A program made the position numbers and the translations under genes. From Phoronis australis (taxonomy: Eukaryota; Animalia; Phoronida), in contig NMRA01000431.1 of NCBI GenBank assembly GCA_002633005.1, positions 247,733 to 311,732 of the forward strand: a stretch of 64,000 nt of DNA, read 5' to 3'. The notes under the pieces were generated by a model, which did not search any database, was not told the DNA's origin, and saw nothing but the letters and a program-made list of their open reading frames with translations. Positions 1-13,400 of the stretch are shown in pieces. Numbering within the stretch: the stretch's first letter is position 1; each line of letters starts with the position of its first letter.

Positions 1-66
1 TCACATTCCTATAGGTAAAGCCATCTATTGTCTAGTCTACTCAACAATATGCTGTGAACTCCTTAC

Positions 67-189
67 AAGTAGATATGCCAGCCCCAGCCATGGTGATGAT
101 GTGTTTACATTTGCCACTCTTCATATAGTTTACGACACCTTCAAAGGTAACATCAGTCAAAACCCTCTCTGGTTCATCTTCGCTGCTAT
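67..189 (-). CDS. SIRT2: NAD-dependent deacetylase sirtuin-2, internal exon (gene continues past the left edge)
   Basis: Exon bounded by tttcag| and |GTAAGG encodes DSSEDEPERVLTDVTFEGVVNYMKSGKCKHIITMAGAGIST. This matches the SIRT2 segment ERLLDELTLEGVARYMQSERC..I.LVGAGISTS, including the sirtuin GAGIST motif. Confidence 0.88.
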
Positions 190-464
190 CTGAAAGTGCA
201 CACTTGAAATATCACACTGCAGTAAGGCCAAAGCTTCTTCAACATTTTTGAAGCTGCGCATCACTACTAAGAACACGCCCAAATCACTCTTTCACTAGAA
301 GTCTAGCAACTATATTCAAGTTAGGGCTTGACAAATCAGCAGCTGTAATCTCAGCCTGAAATGACTGAATCAATAGCATAGGAAGGTTTTCCTTTAGTGT
401 GGGGGGAAACTCAGAAATTTGAGACCCCCGTCAGCATCTGTACAGGCAATAGTGTTAATCCCTG

Positions 465-581
465 GTCAACCATGTTAGTCAACCATGTCAGTCAACCATG
501 TCAGTCAACCATGTCAGTCAACCATGTCAGTCAACCATGTCAGTCAACCATGTCAGTCAACCATGTCAGTCAACCATGTCA
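465..581. repeat. minisatellite, 13-bp unit GTCAACCATGTCA x~9
   Basis: Direct inspection. Confidence 0.95.
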
Positions 582-825
582 CTGCATCGTGGAAGCTAAA
601 AAGGGATCCTCACACCCGTTTAACTGATATCACGTGAATTTTTGTATTTGATAAAAATAACTAAGAAAATACAGCATCACCGCATTAATTTTTAAAACAC
701 TTAGAACTAAATAATTATTCTTTTTTGTTTTAATCTTCAATTAGGTGAACATTGCTTTAGATGAGAAAGAATGTTTATTAGTAAATGACTAACAGCATTT
801 CCAAATCTTTTCAGTACTCATGTAT

Positions 826-945
826 TAGTAACAACTCAATCACTGTACATATAGTAACAACTCAATCAGTGTACATAAGTATGTACTAGTAACAACTCAA
901 TCAGTGTACATAAGTATGTACTAGTAACAACTCAATCAATGTAGT
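826..945. repeat. minisatellite, about 35-bp unit AGTAACAACTCAATCAGTGTACATAAGTATGTACT x~4
   Basis: Direct inspection. Confidence 0.85.
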
Positions 946-1003
946 CATACCAGTCAATCAAATAGCTTCAGCATCCATTTACTTAATAGTTAAAACTTCT
1001 TAC

Positions 1004-1033
1004 CACTTTCTGGTTCTTCTGACTTTTTAGAAA
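1004..1033 (-). CDS. SIRT2: candidate SIRT2 30-nt exon 2 (VSKKSEEPES)
   Basis: ctttatttcag| acceptor and G|GTAAG donor; phase 1-1, in frame with both neighbouring exons. Confidence 0.55.
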
Positions 1034-1282
1034 CTGAAATAAAGTTTTAAACATTAATGTCAAAGTTACGGGTTCCCAAATGCACACATGTGAGATAATA
1101 TTGTGTGGACTAAGTAGTTTAGTCGTGGAAAGACACCAATTAACTTGAACCCACAGCCTTTCTCATTCCCATGACTAAAACTTGGGGCCACAAGTTATAT
1201 TGCTTAAGGATCCAGAAAAACACGGAGAATGTCCTGGAGTAGAAATCTCATCCTCTTACTTAATTGGCATCCTTGGTTTCAG

Positions 1283-1422
1283 GACAGGAAGGGAGTCCTT
1301 ATGACAGGAAGGGAGTCCTTATGACAGGAAGGGAGTCCTTATGACAGGAAGGGAGTCCTTATGACAGGAAGGGAGTCCTTATGACAGGAAGGGACTCCTT
1401 ATGACAGGAAGGGACTCCTTAT
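1283..1422. repeat. minisatellite, 20-bp unit GACAGGAAGGGAGTCCTTAT x7
   Basis: Direct inspection. Confidence 0.95.
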
Positions 1423-1539
1423 CACTCATCCTTTCCAAATCCTAAAACTAATTGCACTTCCTAATCTTCTTTTCTTTTAAGCCACAAAAAACTTAAAGTT
1501 GGGACATTATTTTCATTTGCTGAGCATGTCAAACCATGT

Positions 1540-2550
1540 CACAATCACTTTTGCAGCAAAATAACATAAAAAAGTACCACTGTGCAACTCAATTTCAACC
1601 ACTATCTTGGAAGAAGCAGAAAAAATTCAGACTTTTCAAACGTGGTTCAGAGCTATTCCAATATGGGTCAAGATTTCCAAACACGGAGCAGCTGGGTCCA
1701 TTTTGGCTCCGTGATATGCCTTTATTGCAGACGAGGTCACAGATATCTATGCTTGCTTGCATTATTCATTGAAAAACGAGGAGACAAACATTAAGAGTAT
1801 GCTGATACAGGAACTACAGCTAGTGGTGAGCTGTCCAGCCACTTTAAGACATGCATGCGTAGGGTATAATGGTGGAAATGTCACGAGTGGACATAAACTT
1901 TTCGAACAATGTTGCCATGACGAACGGCATGGAAAGAACAAAACCTAGACTTAAGGATCATTTTCGCATCGACATTTGTGAGCTTAAACCATTTTTTACT
2001 ACTTTAAAGATAAACGAAAACAAGATAATTTCAATCACCTGTTCTGATCTGTTTCAGAAGTTAGCACAGTAGGCAGGTGAAGCTTTGGATAATGTTTAAG
2101 GCTATTAGTGACGACATGGGCACTACAGTGTATGAATCCTTTCAAGTAGTTTCACAGTGACAGACATCGTTGGAGGACTGTCAGCTTGTAGGCCCCTTGC
2201 TATAGCCTACTTCTAAACACTCTTGGCAATGCTTCACCCGAATTTTATCCAAGACTATACATCATTAACATTATTCTCAAGTGTTCCATTTCAGCGTGTG
2301 CTGCAGAAAGGATTTTGCAGATGGAGTTAGTGTGACAGACTTCACCATCTCAAAGCAAGACAACTGTCTTTGTGTATACGATAAAATTTCACCAAATGAT
2401 GGCTGACTGACAGATTATTGTTTTTTCACATAAGATACATAGCACAAAGCTATAATTAATTTTCTAAGTTTTGCAGGATATCCGCCATCACACAAATTTT
2501 GGAAAGCTTATGGGCAGTCACATAAATGTAAGAAATCCTTGAAAATGAGA
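1540..2550 (+). pseudogene. degraded hAT-type transposase remnant
   Basis: Fragments W....VICLYC (zinc-finger-like, about 1690-1730) and QLSLCIR (about 2361-2381), the latter resembling the hAT motif after the first catalytic Asp. Many stops and frameshifts. Confidence 0.4.
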
Positions 2551-2647
2551 AAAGGTCAATTTCGGCAATTTGTTGTACAAAATTTGTGAAATTTTACCAT
2601 ACTAAATAACTTACACCAAAGAACCTGTAAAAGTGCTTTATTTCTGC

Positions 2648-3200
2648 ATCAAGAATCAAGAATCAAGAATCTTCATTTAACCTCGTTCGAAGAACAGATT
2701 AACATTAGCCAGTTGGACTATTACTACGACATTAAATTTAACAGAAACATGAAGAAAATGGAACTGAACACAGAGATATAATTGTAAATAAAAGTTAAGT
2801 TGTCGCATCGCTAAAGTATAGACTAGGGTCTAATGAGCATAAACGATAATAGGTACACGTGTAAATGCTATAAACTAGATAAATTATAAAAGAAACGATG
2901 GTATATACTAATTACAGCATGACCTGGAGTGTTTACAAAGAGAACAGCTGCATTCAGGGCCAGTCCAGGACCGAATCAGTCCACGGAAAATAGTGAAAGG
3001 CTATGTTGTGCACAACATATTCGGTAGACTGTTCCAGACCCGAGCAGCCTCAAAGCAAAAAGATTTTTACCATATTTGACAGATTTAACTTCAGGAATAT
3101 CTGTAAGGTTGCTGTAGCGATTTTCTCGCTTCTTTAAAAGTGAAAGAAATGTCTTTGTCAGATTCGCCATAAAGAATTTTAAATACTTCTGTTGCATCCA
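2648..3200 (-). mobile_element. 5'-truncated CR1/L2-clade LINE 3' end
   Basis: Minus strand with one frameshift encodes IPEVKSVKYGK/KSFCFEAARVWNSLP..LIRSWTGPECSCSLCK, typical of the CR1 ORF2 C-terminus. It ends in a (GATTCTT)3 tail. Confidence 0.7.
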
Positions 3201-3466
3201 TGCTTTTTTATTTGTGTCTCATTGCAAGAATACAATTACACGAAATCAGTTAATTTTGACAATATCCGAATTTAAGTACACATCTAATGCCACTCGTTTA
3301 ATTATTTCATACTGAATCACCAACACTTAGACTATCAAAACTTTGTCAACATCAAATTTTGTGACATCGCTTTGTAATTTTTATTGCAGAACAAATTTGC
3401 AGTGACCGATTTTATGTGGCAAGTCAGGTACTCTGGTATTAGAGGGTGTTAGTTTAACTGTTGGCT

Positions 3467-3643
3467 ACCCAGTAAAAGTCCCTTAGTCATTATTAATCAT
3501 TGTTATGTCTGACCCAGTAAAAGTCCCTTAGTCATTATTAATCATTGTTATGTCTGACCCAGTAAAAGTCCCTTAGTCATTATTAATCATTGTTATGTCT
3601 GACCAAGTAAAAGTCCCTCAGTCATTATTAATCATTATGTCTG
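3467..3643. repeat. minisatellite, 45-bp unit x~4
   Basis: ACCCAGTAAAAGTCCCTTAGTCATTATTAATCATTGTTATGTCTG repeated. Confidence 0.9.
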
Positions 3644-3708
3644 CTCTTGTCATCCTCCCTCGCCACCTTATCTGTCATCGTCATGTTATCGTCATCCATG
3701 ACATTAAT

Positions 3709-6177
3709 CAGGGCTCGACGCTATTAAAATCGCCAAGTCACATTTTGCGACCTAGCCAAAATCCCAGGTCGCATTTTCAAAATCCAGCTCGCATTTGTAA
3801 ATTCCAGGTCGCAAAATTTTCCCGCCATTTTTACCAAAATTGATTTTTTAGATCATTGAGAAAATGTTTAGATTATGCTCTTGCCTGCAGCATTAAATAC
3901 TCACAAATTTCAGATCGCAAAATTGACTCCGTTCATGGAGGTACGGCATTACTGTTCTTCACGACCGCCTTGAAAGGCTCTAGAGCGCAACGAAATTTGC
4001 CGACGTGAAAGTGCTCTCTAACTGACACGTGCATTTGAGTAGCTAAGTTTGCGATGTGAAAAGGAGAAAATGCCCGTTGAAAAAGTATCCGGGATTTTGC
4101 TAGGTCTGACCTGCTACTGGCTGTCATCAAAGTCGTTGAAGAGTCAAACTAACTCAGAGTGCAAATTCCCTCCACTTTTTGTTCACATCCCAAATTTTGC
4201 AATTTAACTCGACATTTGAAAAACATCTGTCGAAAAAAATCCGTGAAACATGCCCTAACCGAATGACCTATTTGGATGTGCGTGAACAATTCAGCGCAAA
4301 TTTCACAATAAAAATGTGATACTTATGCTGTTTACCTACTCAACAATTAGTTTTCCATGAAATGAATAGCCTCGAAATAATTCCAGACTCCCTCCGTGCG
4401 AGTTTCCATCGGGTAATGGCGAGTTTGCTCCTCAATACCTTCCAAGTACAGGAATAATAGGTCAGTCACAACACGACACGCATGTCACTAGTGTTAACTT
4501 TCTTTCGGAGGTATAAAACAAAGCCGGGATTTGATTTTTACATATTGAGAAGACGTTTTTTGAAAACTGAATTTGTTGTGTAAAATGAAAGTGACACACC
4601 ATATAAGCTGCGTGTCAATTTTAAAACCACGTGCGGTCGTTTGTAGTGCGCTATGATGGGTGCTAGCCTGAACTGTGAGCGCTTAATTGGAAATTCTCAA
4701 AATTTAAGGGGGAACTCTTAGTAGATCAGTGAGCACTTATTACGAAACACTTCGCAGGTAGGGAGTAGGCTTGCGCCTGAGCATAGTCATTAACCTGAGA
4801 GTTTGCGGTAATAAGATATTAAAACACTGCAATCGTAAGAAACGTTATAATAATACGATTTTGCGAGGCAAACTCCATCTAGTATGGGTGACTTTTTGGA
4901 TATCGATACCACCTACACTGTACCTTTTTTAGCCACCCAGAATAATTTTGTTTTTAATTGCCCACGTCAGCCGGAACAAGGCTGTTTCTATTGGAGTCTG
5001 AACATTTTACGGCAACGGTGGTTCAGGGGGCAAAAGTTGCCGGGGGGAGGTGTATGAAGAGAAGAATAAAAAGTTCGCTAACCACAATTTCGTATCTAGT
5101 ACCCGTTTAGATGCAATAGCTGGCTACGGGCATAGAATACAGGGTTTAGAGAACATCGACCTCAAGAAACATCGATCGGAACAGAAAAATATCGGTTTTG
5201 GGTTATATCGGTCCCGGGGAATATCGTAAAGCATCGAGTCTGTTATAACCGCCGGAAATGTACGAGTTCTGCATTTTCAAATAAACCACTGGCACCCAGG
5301 TGCTTAACAAAGCCAAGCCGGTATATAATCTTTCATTTAGGAATGTCGCTGTTCTCGTTTGATGTGCAGCTTTGAAGTGGTGCGCACGCGCGAGTTCACA
5401 CACTTGAATCACTGGAATAGGCCTACACTTTACGTTGGCAACAATGTATGAAAGACGAATCATATTTCGCGCAAGTAGCACCAGAAACAAGTAAAAGGGT
5501 TTGAGAATTTCTTGGCAACTGAAAGTAAAGACGTGACCGTCGTTTGGTGATTAATAGGGTTGTCATTTTCACTTTGGCTGTCTTGTGCGATAAAAAAGAG
5601 ACGCACATCTCTAAGTCACGATTGTCTTCCGGAACTGCTTGCGTGCTAACAACGGTGCCGCAGTGCAATATCAGCGATATTGTTTTTGATATTTGGAACA
5701 TGTAATAAGGACATCTTATGCGAAAAATAAGCATATTTATCGACCACAAAGTTTGGTAAGTTGATCGCTTAAGAATTAGTAGAAACAGCACTGTTTTGTG
5801 ACGTTTTATCACGTGTCATGCAGTGGCCCGAAACTTTCTTAGGCAAATCCGGAAATTTGCAAAAGTGGCCGAAAATGTTAGCTAATGATACGCATCAAAG
5901 ATCGATTCTGCATATCCCATGTTCACGCGACTTGCTTACAAGTCATCGGGAGGGCTGTTCTCGGTTAGTGTTCGTTTGAACTTGGATTTGGCAACAACCA
6001 AATAATGGTCGGATTAACTAGAGTTGCTTTATTCGCCATGCAGGTACCTGCCGAGAAGTGTAAAAACTCAGCTCGCATTCGTTGGATTTTTTAAATGCAG
6101 GTCACATTTTGCGACTTGATGCGAGCTGACAAAAATCTCAGCTCGCATTTCCAAATAGCTCGTTATGTCGAGCCCTG
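3709..6177. mobile_element. non-autonomous DNA transposon, hAT-like termini, 5-bp TSD
   Basis: TIR CAGGGCTCGAC / GTCGAGCCCTG; TTAAT on both flanks; subterminal CAG(G/C)TCGCATTT repeats at both ends. Confidence 0.75.
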
Positions 6178-6577
6178 TTAATAATTGACAAAATCGACCA
6201 ATGACGTTGACTGATGAAAAAGGAACAGTGCGTGTTGTAGCAGATTGCTGACAGATGGCGCTAGGTATAGTAAGTTCCCTGAAATGGCTGCTGATTTCAC
6301 AATGCGCGTGCATGGCTAAAGTGGACCGAGTTCGGAATAGTGTAATTATACAACAGAGTACTTGAGGGTCGTGAGGTGGATGTACGGATAGCCATGTGCA
6401 ATCATGTCCGAGTCGAATGCAACGATATCAAAATCACCCACATTTAGTGGATTTATTTGGAATAAGTTAGAGTCCATTATATCCGACTAGTGCCGATTAT
6501 GGATAAATAAAGGGCCTCATAGTACAGTTGCCTGCCTCACCGGGTGTCCACAGGAAACTAATTTAAATCATAAGTAC

Positions 6578-6611
6578 CTCCTTCTTCTTTCGACTTAGTG
6601 TTTGAAGACAT
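6578..6611 (-). CDS. SIRT2: candidate SIRT2 first coding exon (MSSNTKSKEEG)
   Basis: ATG at 6611 and GAG|GTACTT donor; phase 1 fits the downstream exons; lies about 800 bp from the hinderin ATG. Confidence 0.5.
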
Positions 6612-7416
6612 CTCTCGATTCTTGAGTAGCACACAGCACAGTTACAACGAAAACAGAGGCAGTAATGACAGCAACTTTGATGAGCCCATGGACCATCAGG
6701 TGTTATGAAACGGACCACAGGCACTTCAGTTTATCTTTTCCTCGAATCGATCACAATTGACGTCATTCACAGTGTAAAGGTGACACTCAACAGTTTTTCT
6801 TCATTTGGCCTCCCCCTGCAGGGTGAACTGAGGTAAAGCAGTTTATTTGTTTTCTACAACAGAACCACAAAATATTAAACCTATGCAGGTACTGATCATG
6901 AATACATAAAGCTTGCCTACAGTCTAAAAAAAACTTGCATTCAAAGTGCGTTTCATTTGCTTATGGCGGCAAACCTAACACTGAGGCCATGCCAAGTAAC
7001 CAGTAAAAATACACAAAATTGGCAGTTTACAATCCACGTCCAAAAACCACGACTCGTGTGCAACTACTATGCACCTTCAGGCAACACACTTAGAATGCAA
7101 AAACATTCCAGATTCCAAAAATTGGGAAGAAAATTGGAGTCGACCAGACAGTCATCGGGGGAAATTCGTCTGCCAGTGGTATGGTTGTGGAATGGACAAT
7201 GCACTCTGCGCGCCGTCTATTGATGATTGATAAAGCTACAAAATTTACGTCAACCAAAACATTAAAACTTGATTATTAACTTTATTGGACCAACTCAAAA
7301 TCGTCATTTTACTCCAAAACGAAGAAATGTTAAGAAAATGTTGCCGGAATAAACCAAAATGTTCAAGGAGAACAAAATTTAACGACAGTAACTGCCGTCT
7401 GGCGGTCAATTTTAAA
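6612..7416. promoter_or_regulatory. putative bidirectional promoter region, SIRT2 / hinderin
   Basis: About 800 bp between two divergent start codons. Inferred from gene arrangement only. Confidence 0.45.
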
Positions 7417-7468
7417 ATGTCGTCTGGAACGAAAAGTCGTCCATTGGAAGTGTTTTGGACGTCAGATG
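7417..7468 (+). CDS. KIAA1328: hinderin exon 1 (MSSGTKSRPLEVFWTSD)
   Basis: aaaATG start, G|GTTTGT donor, FW motif as in the hinderin N-terminus. Confidence 0.7.
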
Positions 7469-10400
7469 GTTTGTTAATTCTCTTTTAAATAACTGTTATT
7501 TGAGTAAACAGCTGTCACGCTGTTGTATTATAAGTAGGTCCTACCGTTTACGCATAGAAGTGTTGTGATTTAATACACAGGTTCTCGTGCAGCTTACCTT
7601 TACTCATATGAAAGCTGGAATACACACAGGCACCTTTAGTGGCTTTATTAAAGGAGAAAGCCACCCGATTTAATTAGTCTTTTTTGCCGTCTTAGTCGGT
7701 CTATATCCAAATCGCCTCACATACGGTCGACCTTACCTTGCCAAGAGGTGTCGCATTAACCTGTGAGGAAGGCGAAAAACGACACCAGCGACGTCAGTGG
7801 TTCATATGCAGAGTGAATGCCGCTATGGCGCTATGTTGCGGTTCATCGTTACTGCTTGTCCGAACTAAGCAGCTGTGAGGAAAGCGGGTATAACGGTTTT
7901 GTTTACTTCCTCGAGAGTTCGAAATGCTTAGGAAGTGGCTCATGGTAGTGAAGAATGAAATGCACGCTGTAAATAGCAAGTATGAGGCCGTGAAACATCT
8001 CCATTTCTGTGGCCTGCAGACGTCGACAATGCCTGACGAATGCCGGCTTACCAAATAACTCCAAACGTTCCGTTGTCTGAGCTTGTTCACGGCGCCTCTC
8101 TAGTATTTCTTCATCACTGTATTCCTGTTCGAATTGATAGCCTGTAAAACTTAACGATCCACCTGCGAAGTCGGGACTGATGAGCTCTAGCTCGTTCTAA
8201 GTCGGGATTGCGAGTTGCCATGTTGGTGTTTATTACTGAGCGTTCTGTTTCAAAATGAATTATTCTCACCCTAACAAATACTTATATAAAACTGAAACAA
8301 AGTCTGTCTCATTAGATGCAATTTGTAATGCCTTTGGAGTGTTCGTGAGTGCGGCAGCCTATGCTCCTTCACTTAGTTACCCTAATCGGCATCTGGCCAT
8401 TTTCACACTTCACGCCGGGGGATATGAAGAAGAGTTTAAAGACATTGACAGCCTCCTAACTTACTAGTAGTAGACAATATCACTATCTCAACTTGGCAGT
8501 AACGACAATGACGGATGCTCCCATGCCCTCCATATGCTGGAAGCTTTTTGGCGAATTATACATCACACTGATTAAACCATAAATGTCATGTTGATAAGTA
8601 CCTTTTACGCATAGAAGGACACCTCATGTGACTGTTGATGTCTTTAATTCCTTTCAACTTGAACGAATATTCCCGTGTAATCAACCTTTTTTTCTCAAAC
8701 AGTCCTTTGTTCAGATGCCCAAATGGGTTACTGCGGTATGACGTCCCCATCACCTCGACACCCCGACCGGTCGGCACTCGATCAGTAGACATCTCCGTGA
8801 TCATAAGTTTAGGGTTAGATTTGTTATTGCTGTATTTGTTTACAAGTTACTATCTCCTCATACATGTCACTTGTCCATCAACTAAAAGGTGAATTCCAGT
8901 GCATAACATTTTGAAGTTGGTGACGGACATTTCTTTATAACAAAACCCTGTTCGGACTTTTTTATAACAAAATCTGTTAAGTAGTGAAGAAATATGAACT
9001 GCTGTAACAGGCAAGGCAATTGTCAAGTGAATGCTCGAGTTCCAAAATTTTCTGGCAGTTGGGCAGTCTACATTGTGGTAAATGTTTCATAGAGTTATGG
9101 CCAACTAAAAAATGTGCTTCGCTTGTTTTACCTGTTTTTTAACCAGAGTGTTTTTGGACATACAGTCGTATACTACCAACTGGGTGGGTGTGTTATTCAA
9201 TGATTCCTAATGAAGAAACAAAGCAAGACGGACAAATGTTACGAATGTATGAGAGAATATGAACGAAAACAGCATTACTCATGAACACAGGAAATAAGTA
9301 CAGATTGCAGTCACTGCTTGCGAGTTCCATTTGCAATTTATTTTTGGTTAACGTCCTCATGACTTCATTATCCTCGTCACTGTTAACGCCATCTTTGTTG
9401 CTCGTTTTCATTATCAGTAACAGGTCTTGCCACCTTCAATTATGCATGTAATGCTAATTATGTTCAGTGTCCTGTTTTGTGTATTCTATTATCTGTTATA
9501 GATGCTTCGTCGACCAGTTCTGCTTTTGCCTTTATTCCTGGTAAGTTGGATTTGTCTTAATTCCCAATATAACAATCACAAGTGTCAAAACCAACAATAA
9601 AAGGAAAATTTTAATGCTTTTTTAAAGTTATTTTGTGCTTTAACCTGTGTGTGTGTGTGTGTGTGTGTCTGCCCGTCTGTCTGTCTGTCTGTCTGTGTGC
9701 GTGCGTGTTTGTGTTTGTGTGTGTGTGTGGCATATTACTTTGCTTCTTTATATGATGAAACACTGCATGGTTTTTGTTGAATTGTTTTAATTATGTGCCC
9801 ACATATTTATATGTGGACGCATTATGCCGTCATCTCTGTCCGTCCGTCCAGGCGGCGTCCAGCGTCCGCTGCTCTATCTCCAAAACCCTTTGATTTACGT
9901 TCATGAAATTTGGCACATATGTTCCATTTATGAATGGGACGGCTTGTGCGAACTTTCGGACGGATCCGACTACCGGTGTGCCCCCTAGTGGCAATTTTAG
10001 TTTTTTACGCTTACCTTTGTATCTTCAAAAGTCCTGAACGGATTTTCATGAAATTTGGTATGTAGGCACCTATTAGTGAGATGACGCTATCCTGCCGTTT
10101 TCAGATGGATTCGACATAGTTTGCGCCACCTAGTGGCCATTTTTAGTGTTTTCGAGTCTGTTTTTGTGCGTCCACCCCTCTATCAACCAAACCGCTCAAA
10201 GGATGATTGTGAAAATTGGCATGTATATGCTTACTATGTAGAGGATGGTTGACGATGATTTTCCGACGATTTCGACTACTGTGGCGCCTCCTAGTGGCAG
10301 TTTTGTTTTTTTGCGCCTATGGCTGTATCTCCTAAACCGTTCGCAGGATCTTTACAAATTGTGTAAGTATATTTATATGATGTTAACAACGGAAGATGAC

Positions 10401-13400
10401 GACTTTTGGTCGGATCCGACTACCGGTGTGCCCCCTAGTGGCAATTTTAGTTTTTTACGCTTACCTTTGTATCTTCAAAAGTATTGAACGGATTTTCATG
10501 AAATTTGGTATGTAGGCACCTATTAGTGAGATGACGCTATCCTACTGTTTTCAGATGGATTCGACGTAGTTTGCGCCACCTAGTGGCCATTTTTACTGTT
10601 TTCGAGTCTGTATTTTTGCGTCCACCCCTCTATCAACCAAACCGCTCAAAGGATGATTGTGAAAATTGGCGTGTATGTGCTTACTATAAGGAAGACAGCT
10701 GACAATGATTTTCAGACGATTTGGACTACTGTGGCGCCTCCTAGTGGCAGTTTTGTTTTTTTGCGCCCATGGCTGTATCTCCCAAACCGTTTGCAGGATC
10801 TTTACTAAATTTAGCAAGTGTATTTATGTGATGTTGACAACGGACGATGACGACTTTAGGATGATTCTGACTACCGGTATGCCTCTAGTGGCAATTTTAG
10901 TATTTGCCTCTAGTGGCAATTTTAGTATTTTACATTGACCTCTGTATTTTCATAGGTCTTCAGGTGTATACTTTGTGTTACTTCGTGACTGTGAAGGAAA
11001 AGTTCCAAGTAGAAATTTGTTTCTGGCATTCTAATGCTGTGCTAATCTCGTATGTTGGTAAATTTGTTTTTAATTCTATGTTTCTGTGGTGCTTTAAGCA
11101 ACTGGTGTATAGGATGTGCTTGTATTATGAAGATTACTCACATTTTGCCCCTAGCCTATTGAGGAGACAATGACCCTGCCTTTCCATTTTGCTAAGTACA
11201 ACATACTACATATATGCCCTCTACTGGCCACTTTATGGTACCAATAAACAACCCTAGAAGGATACCGTATGCGGTGCAATTGTGGGCACATTTCAACGCT
11301 CTGCGTTGCTCTTGTATTACATTACAGGCATCAGTGACATAGGGAGTGAAAGACCTCATCACAATCAGCGAAAAACGGCATTGTCCTTAAAAACAAAAGA
11401 CCATTCCTCTGATACTTCTCTGAATAACAACACAAAAATCCTAGCAAAGAACACAAACAGTACTGGTGTAAAGGTAACTATCACGAGTTGTGCTATAGAA
11501 CTAGAAAAACTTTTCCGACAATCTCTAAATTATTTCTTCCTTTACTCTAAAGTGGAAAGCAATTACTAAAATTACAGATCGCTGGTTATCTTTGTAAGAG
11601 ATTATTTTCACGTCAACTTCTGTTTCCTGGGTGTGCATTTTCTCTCCGTTTCACAATTACAGAAACTGAATCGTAAGCAGCCAGCAAAAGGCCCGCATCT
11701 TGGTTTAGCGATCACTTCCATTGATCAAACATGGATGACTCATTGGGTTCAACAGAAAGTTGAACAGTGTGTTTCCTCAACAGCTGTGAATGCAGAATCA
11801 ACAACAAGGCCATTTGTGTCACCTTCAATTGTCCCATAAATAGTAAAAGCATGCCAAAGAACTGTAATCAACACAGAAAATTGTTTATGATAACTGAGGA
11901 TATGTATTCTTATGCACACACACACACGCATGCACGCACGCACACGCACGTGGGCGTGTTATGCCATCATTCTTGTCCGACCATCCAAAAGCCTGGATGG
12001 ATGTTCATAGAAGTTTGCGGACTGACACGTTCATATGGAGGATGATATAGCACTACTGGTGTGCCCTTTATGGCAGTTATAGTTTTTGGTTCTGTATCTT
12101 CGGACTTCCGTGACGAATTTTCAAAAATTTTTACAAATGGTACCTATTAAGGCGACACAACCTCTTCACCAGCAAATGGATTCTACATAATTATTCTGTG
12201 CCACCTAATGGCCATTTTTACTGCTGTTTTGGTGTCCGCCTCTATCGGCCAAACATAAAGATTGGCGTAAGTGTTCCTACTGGGAGAACACGACTCGTGA
12301 TTATTTGCGGATGCCTCCAACTACTTTGACATCCTCTTGTGGCAGATTTTTTTCTTTGCGTCTGCGACTGTATCTCCTAAACCCTCTACATGTTTCTATT
12401 CAAGAGGCGATGAAACATTGCTGTTTCCAGATAGATTTAACACAATATACGTTGCCTAGTGGCCACTTTCTTTTTTTTCGAGTTCGCCGTTTTATCAATC
12501 AGACCATGCTAAGGATCATTATAAAAATTAATGTGAGTATTCCTCATGGGAAGAGCATGACTGAAAAGGATTTTTAGCTGCCTTTGACCATTGTTGCACT
12601 ACCTAATAGCCGTTTTGTTTTTGTGTATGTGGTTGTTTCTCCTTAACTCCTGACAGGGTTTTTGTGAAATTTGGCAAGAGTATTTTTATGAATGTGACAA
12701 CAGATGACAACGACTTTCAGGCATGTCCAACTGTTGTGCCCCCAAGTGGTAATGTCAATTTTCTATGTTTACCTTGTATCTTTAAGAGTTCCTTGACGCA
12801 TGTTCATGAAGTTTGGCAAGTCACGTTGATGGCAGCACAAGTTCTGTTTCAGACGGATTTTACCTACGTTGAACCCCCTAGTTGAACTTTTATTGTTTTT
12901 GCGTTATTTGCTCTTTGTCGCCTGCCTCTCTGGGTGAAAAATCATGATGAAAGGTTGCAGATGTGTTCCTGTTGAGGAGAGCATTGCTGACTTGGTTTTC
13001 AACCCCTAGTGGTTGTTGAAAAAATTGACTAACATTGCTCCCTGTTGTGGGAATGTTTAAAACAGTGGTCATTTCTTGTATCTGCGCTGTATGTTATGCA
13101 CAAGGTGGGCACATATCAATGCTCCATGTTGCTGTTTTACTACGATGAAAACTGGTTGTTCTCCCTTTAAAAGCATGGTAAACTTCCTTTGACCAATTAG
13201 CAGATATTAACAACTTTCCCATCTTTCTTGCTATTATAAAATAATGCTCTGTAACCCTCGTCATTCATCCAAAGTTTGGTGTATGTTTGAAAACTATTTA
13301 CAATTTCTATTAAACCGGGAAACGTGACAAATGCTTCAAGCGAGTTAGACAACCAAGATGGGGAAGGACTATACATGGAGTACTGGTATGATTACACTCA

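Noticed and set aside
190-400. Additional SIRT2 exon upstream of 189
   Set aside because: In-frame stops in the relevant frame; I could not define a donor/acceptor pair.
8360-8800. Possible SGNH-esterase remnant of a retroelement (SQLGSND)
   Set aside because: Only one short motif amid stops; not enough support.
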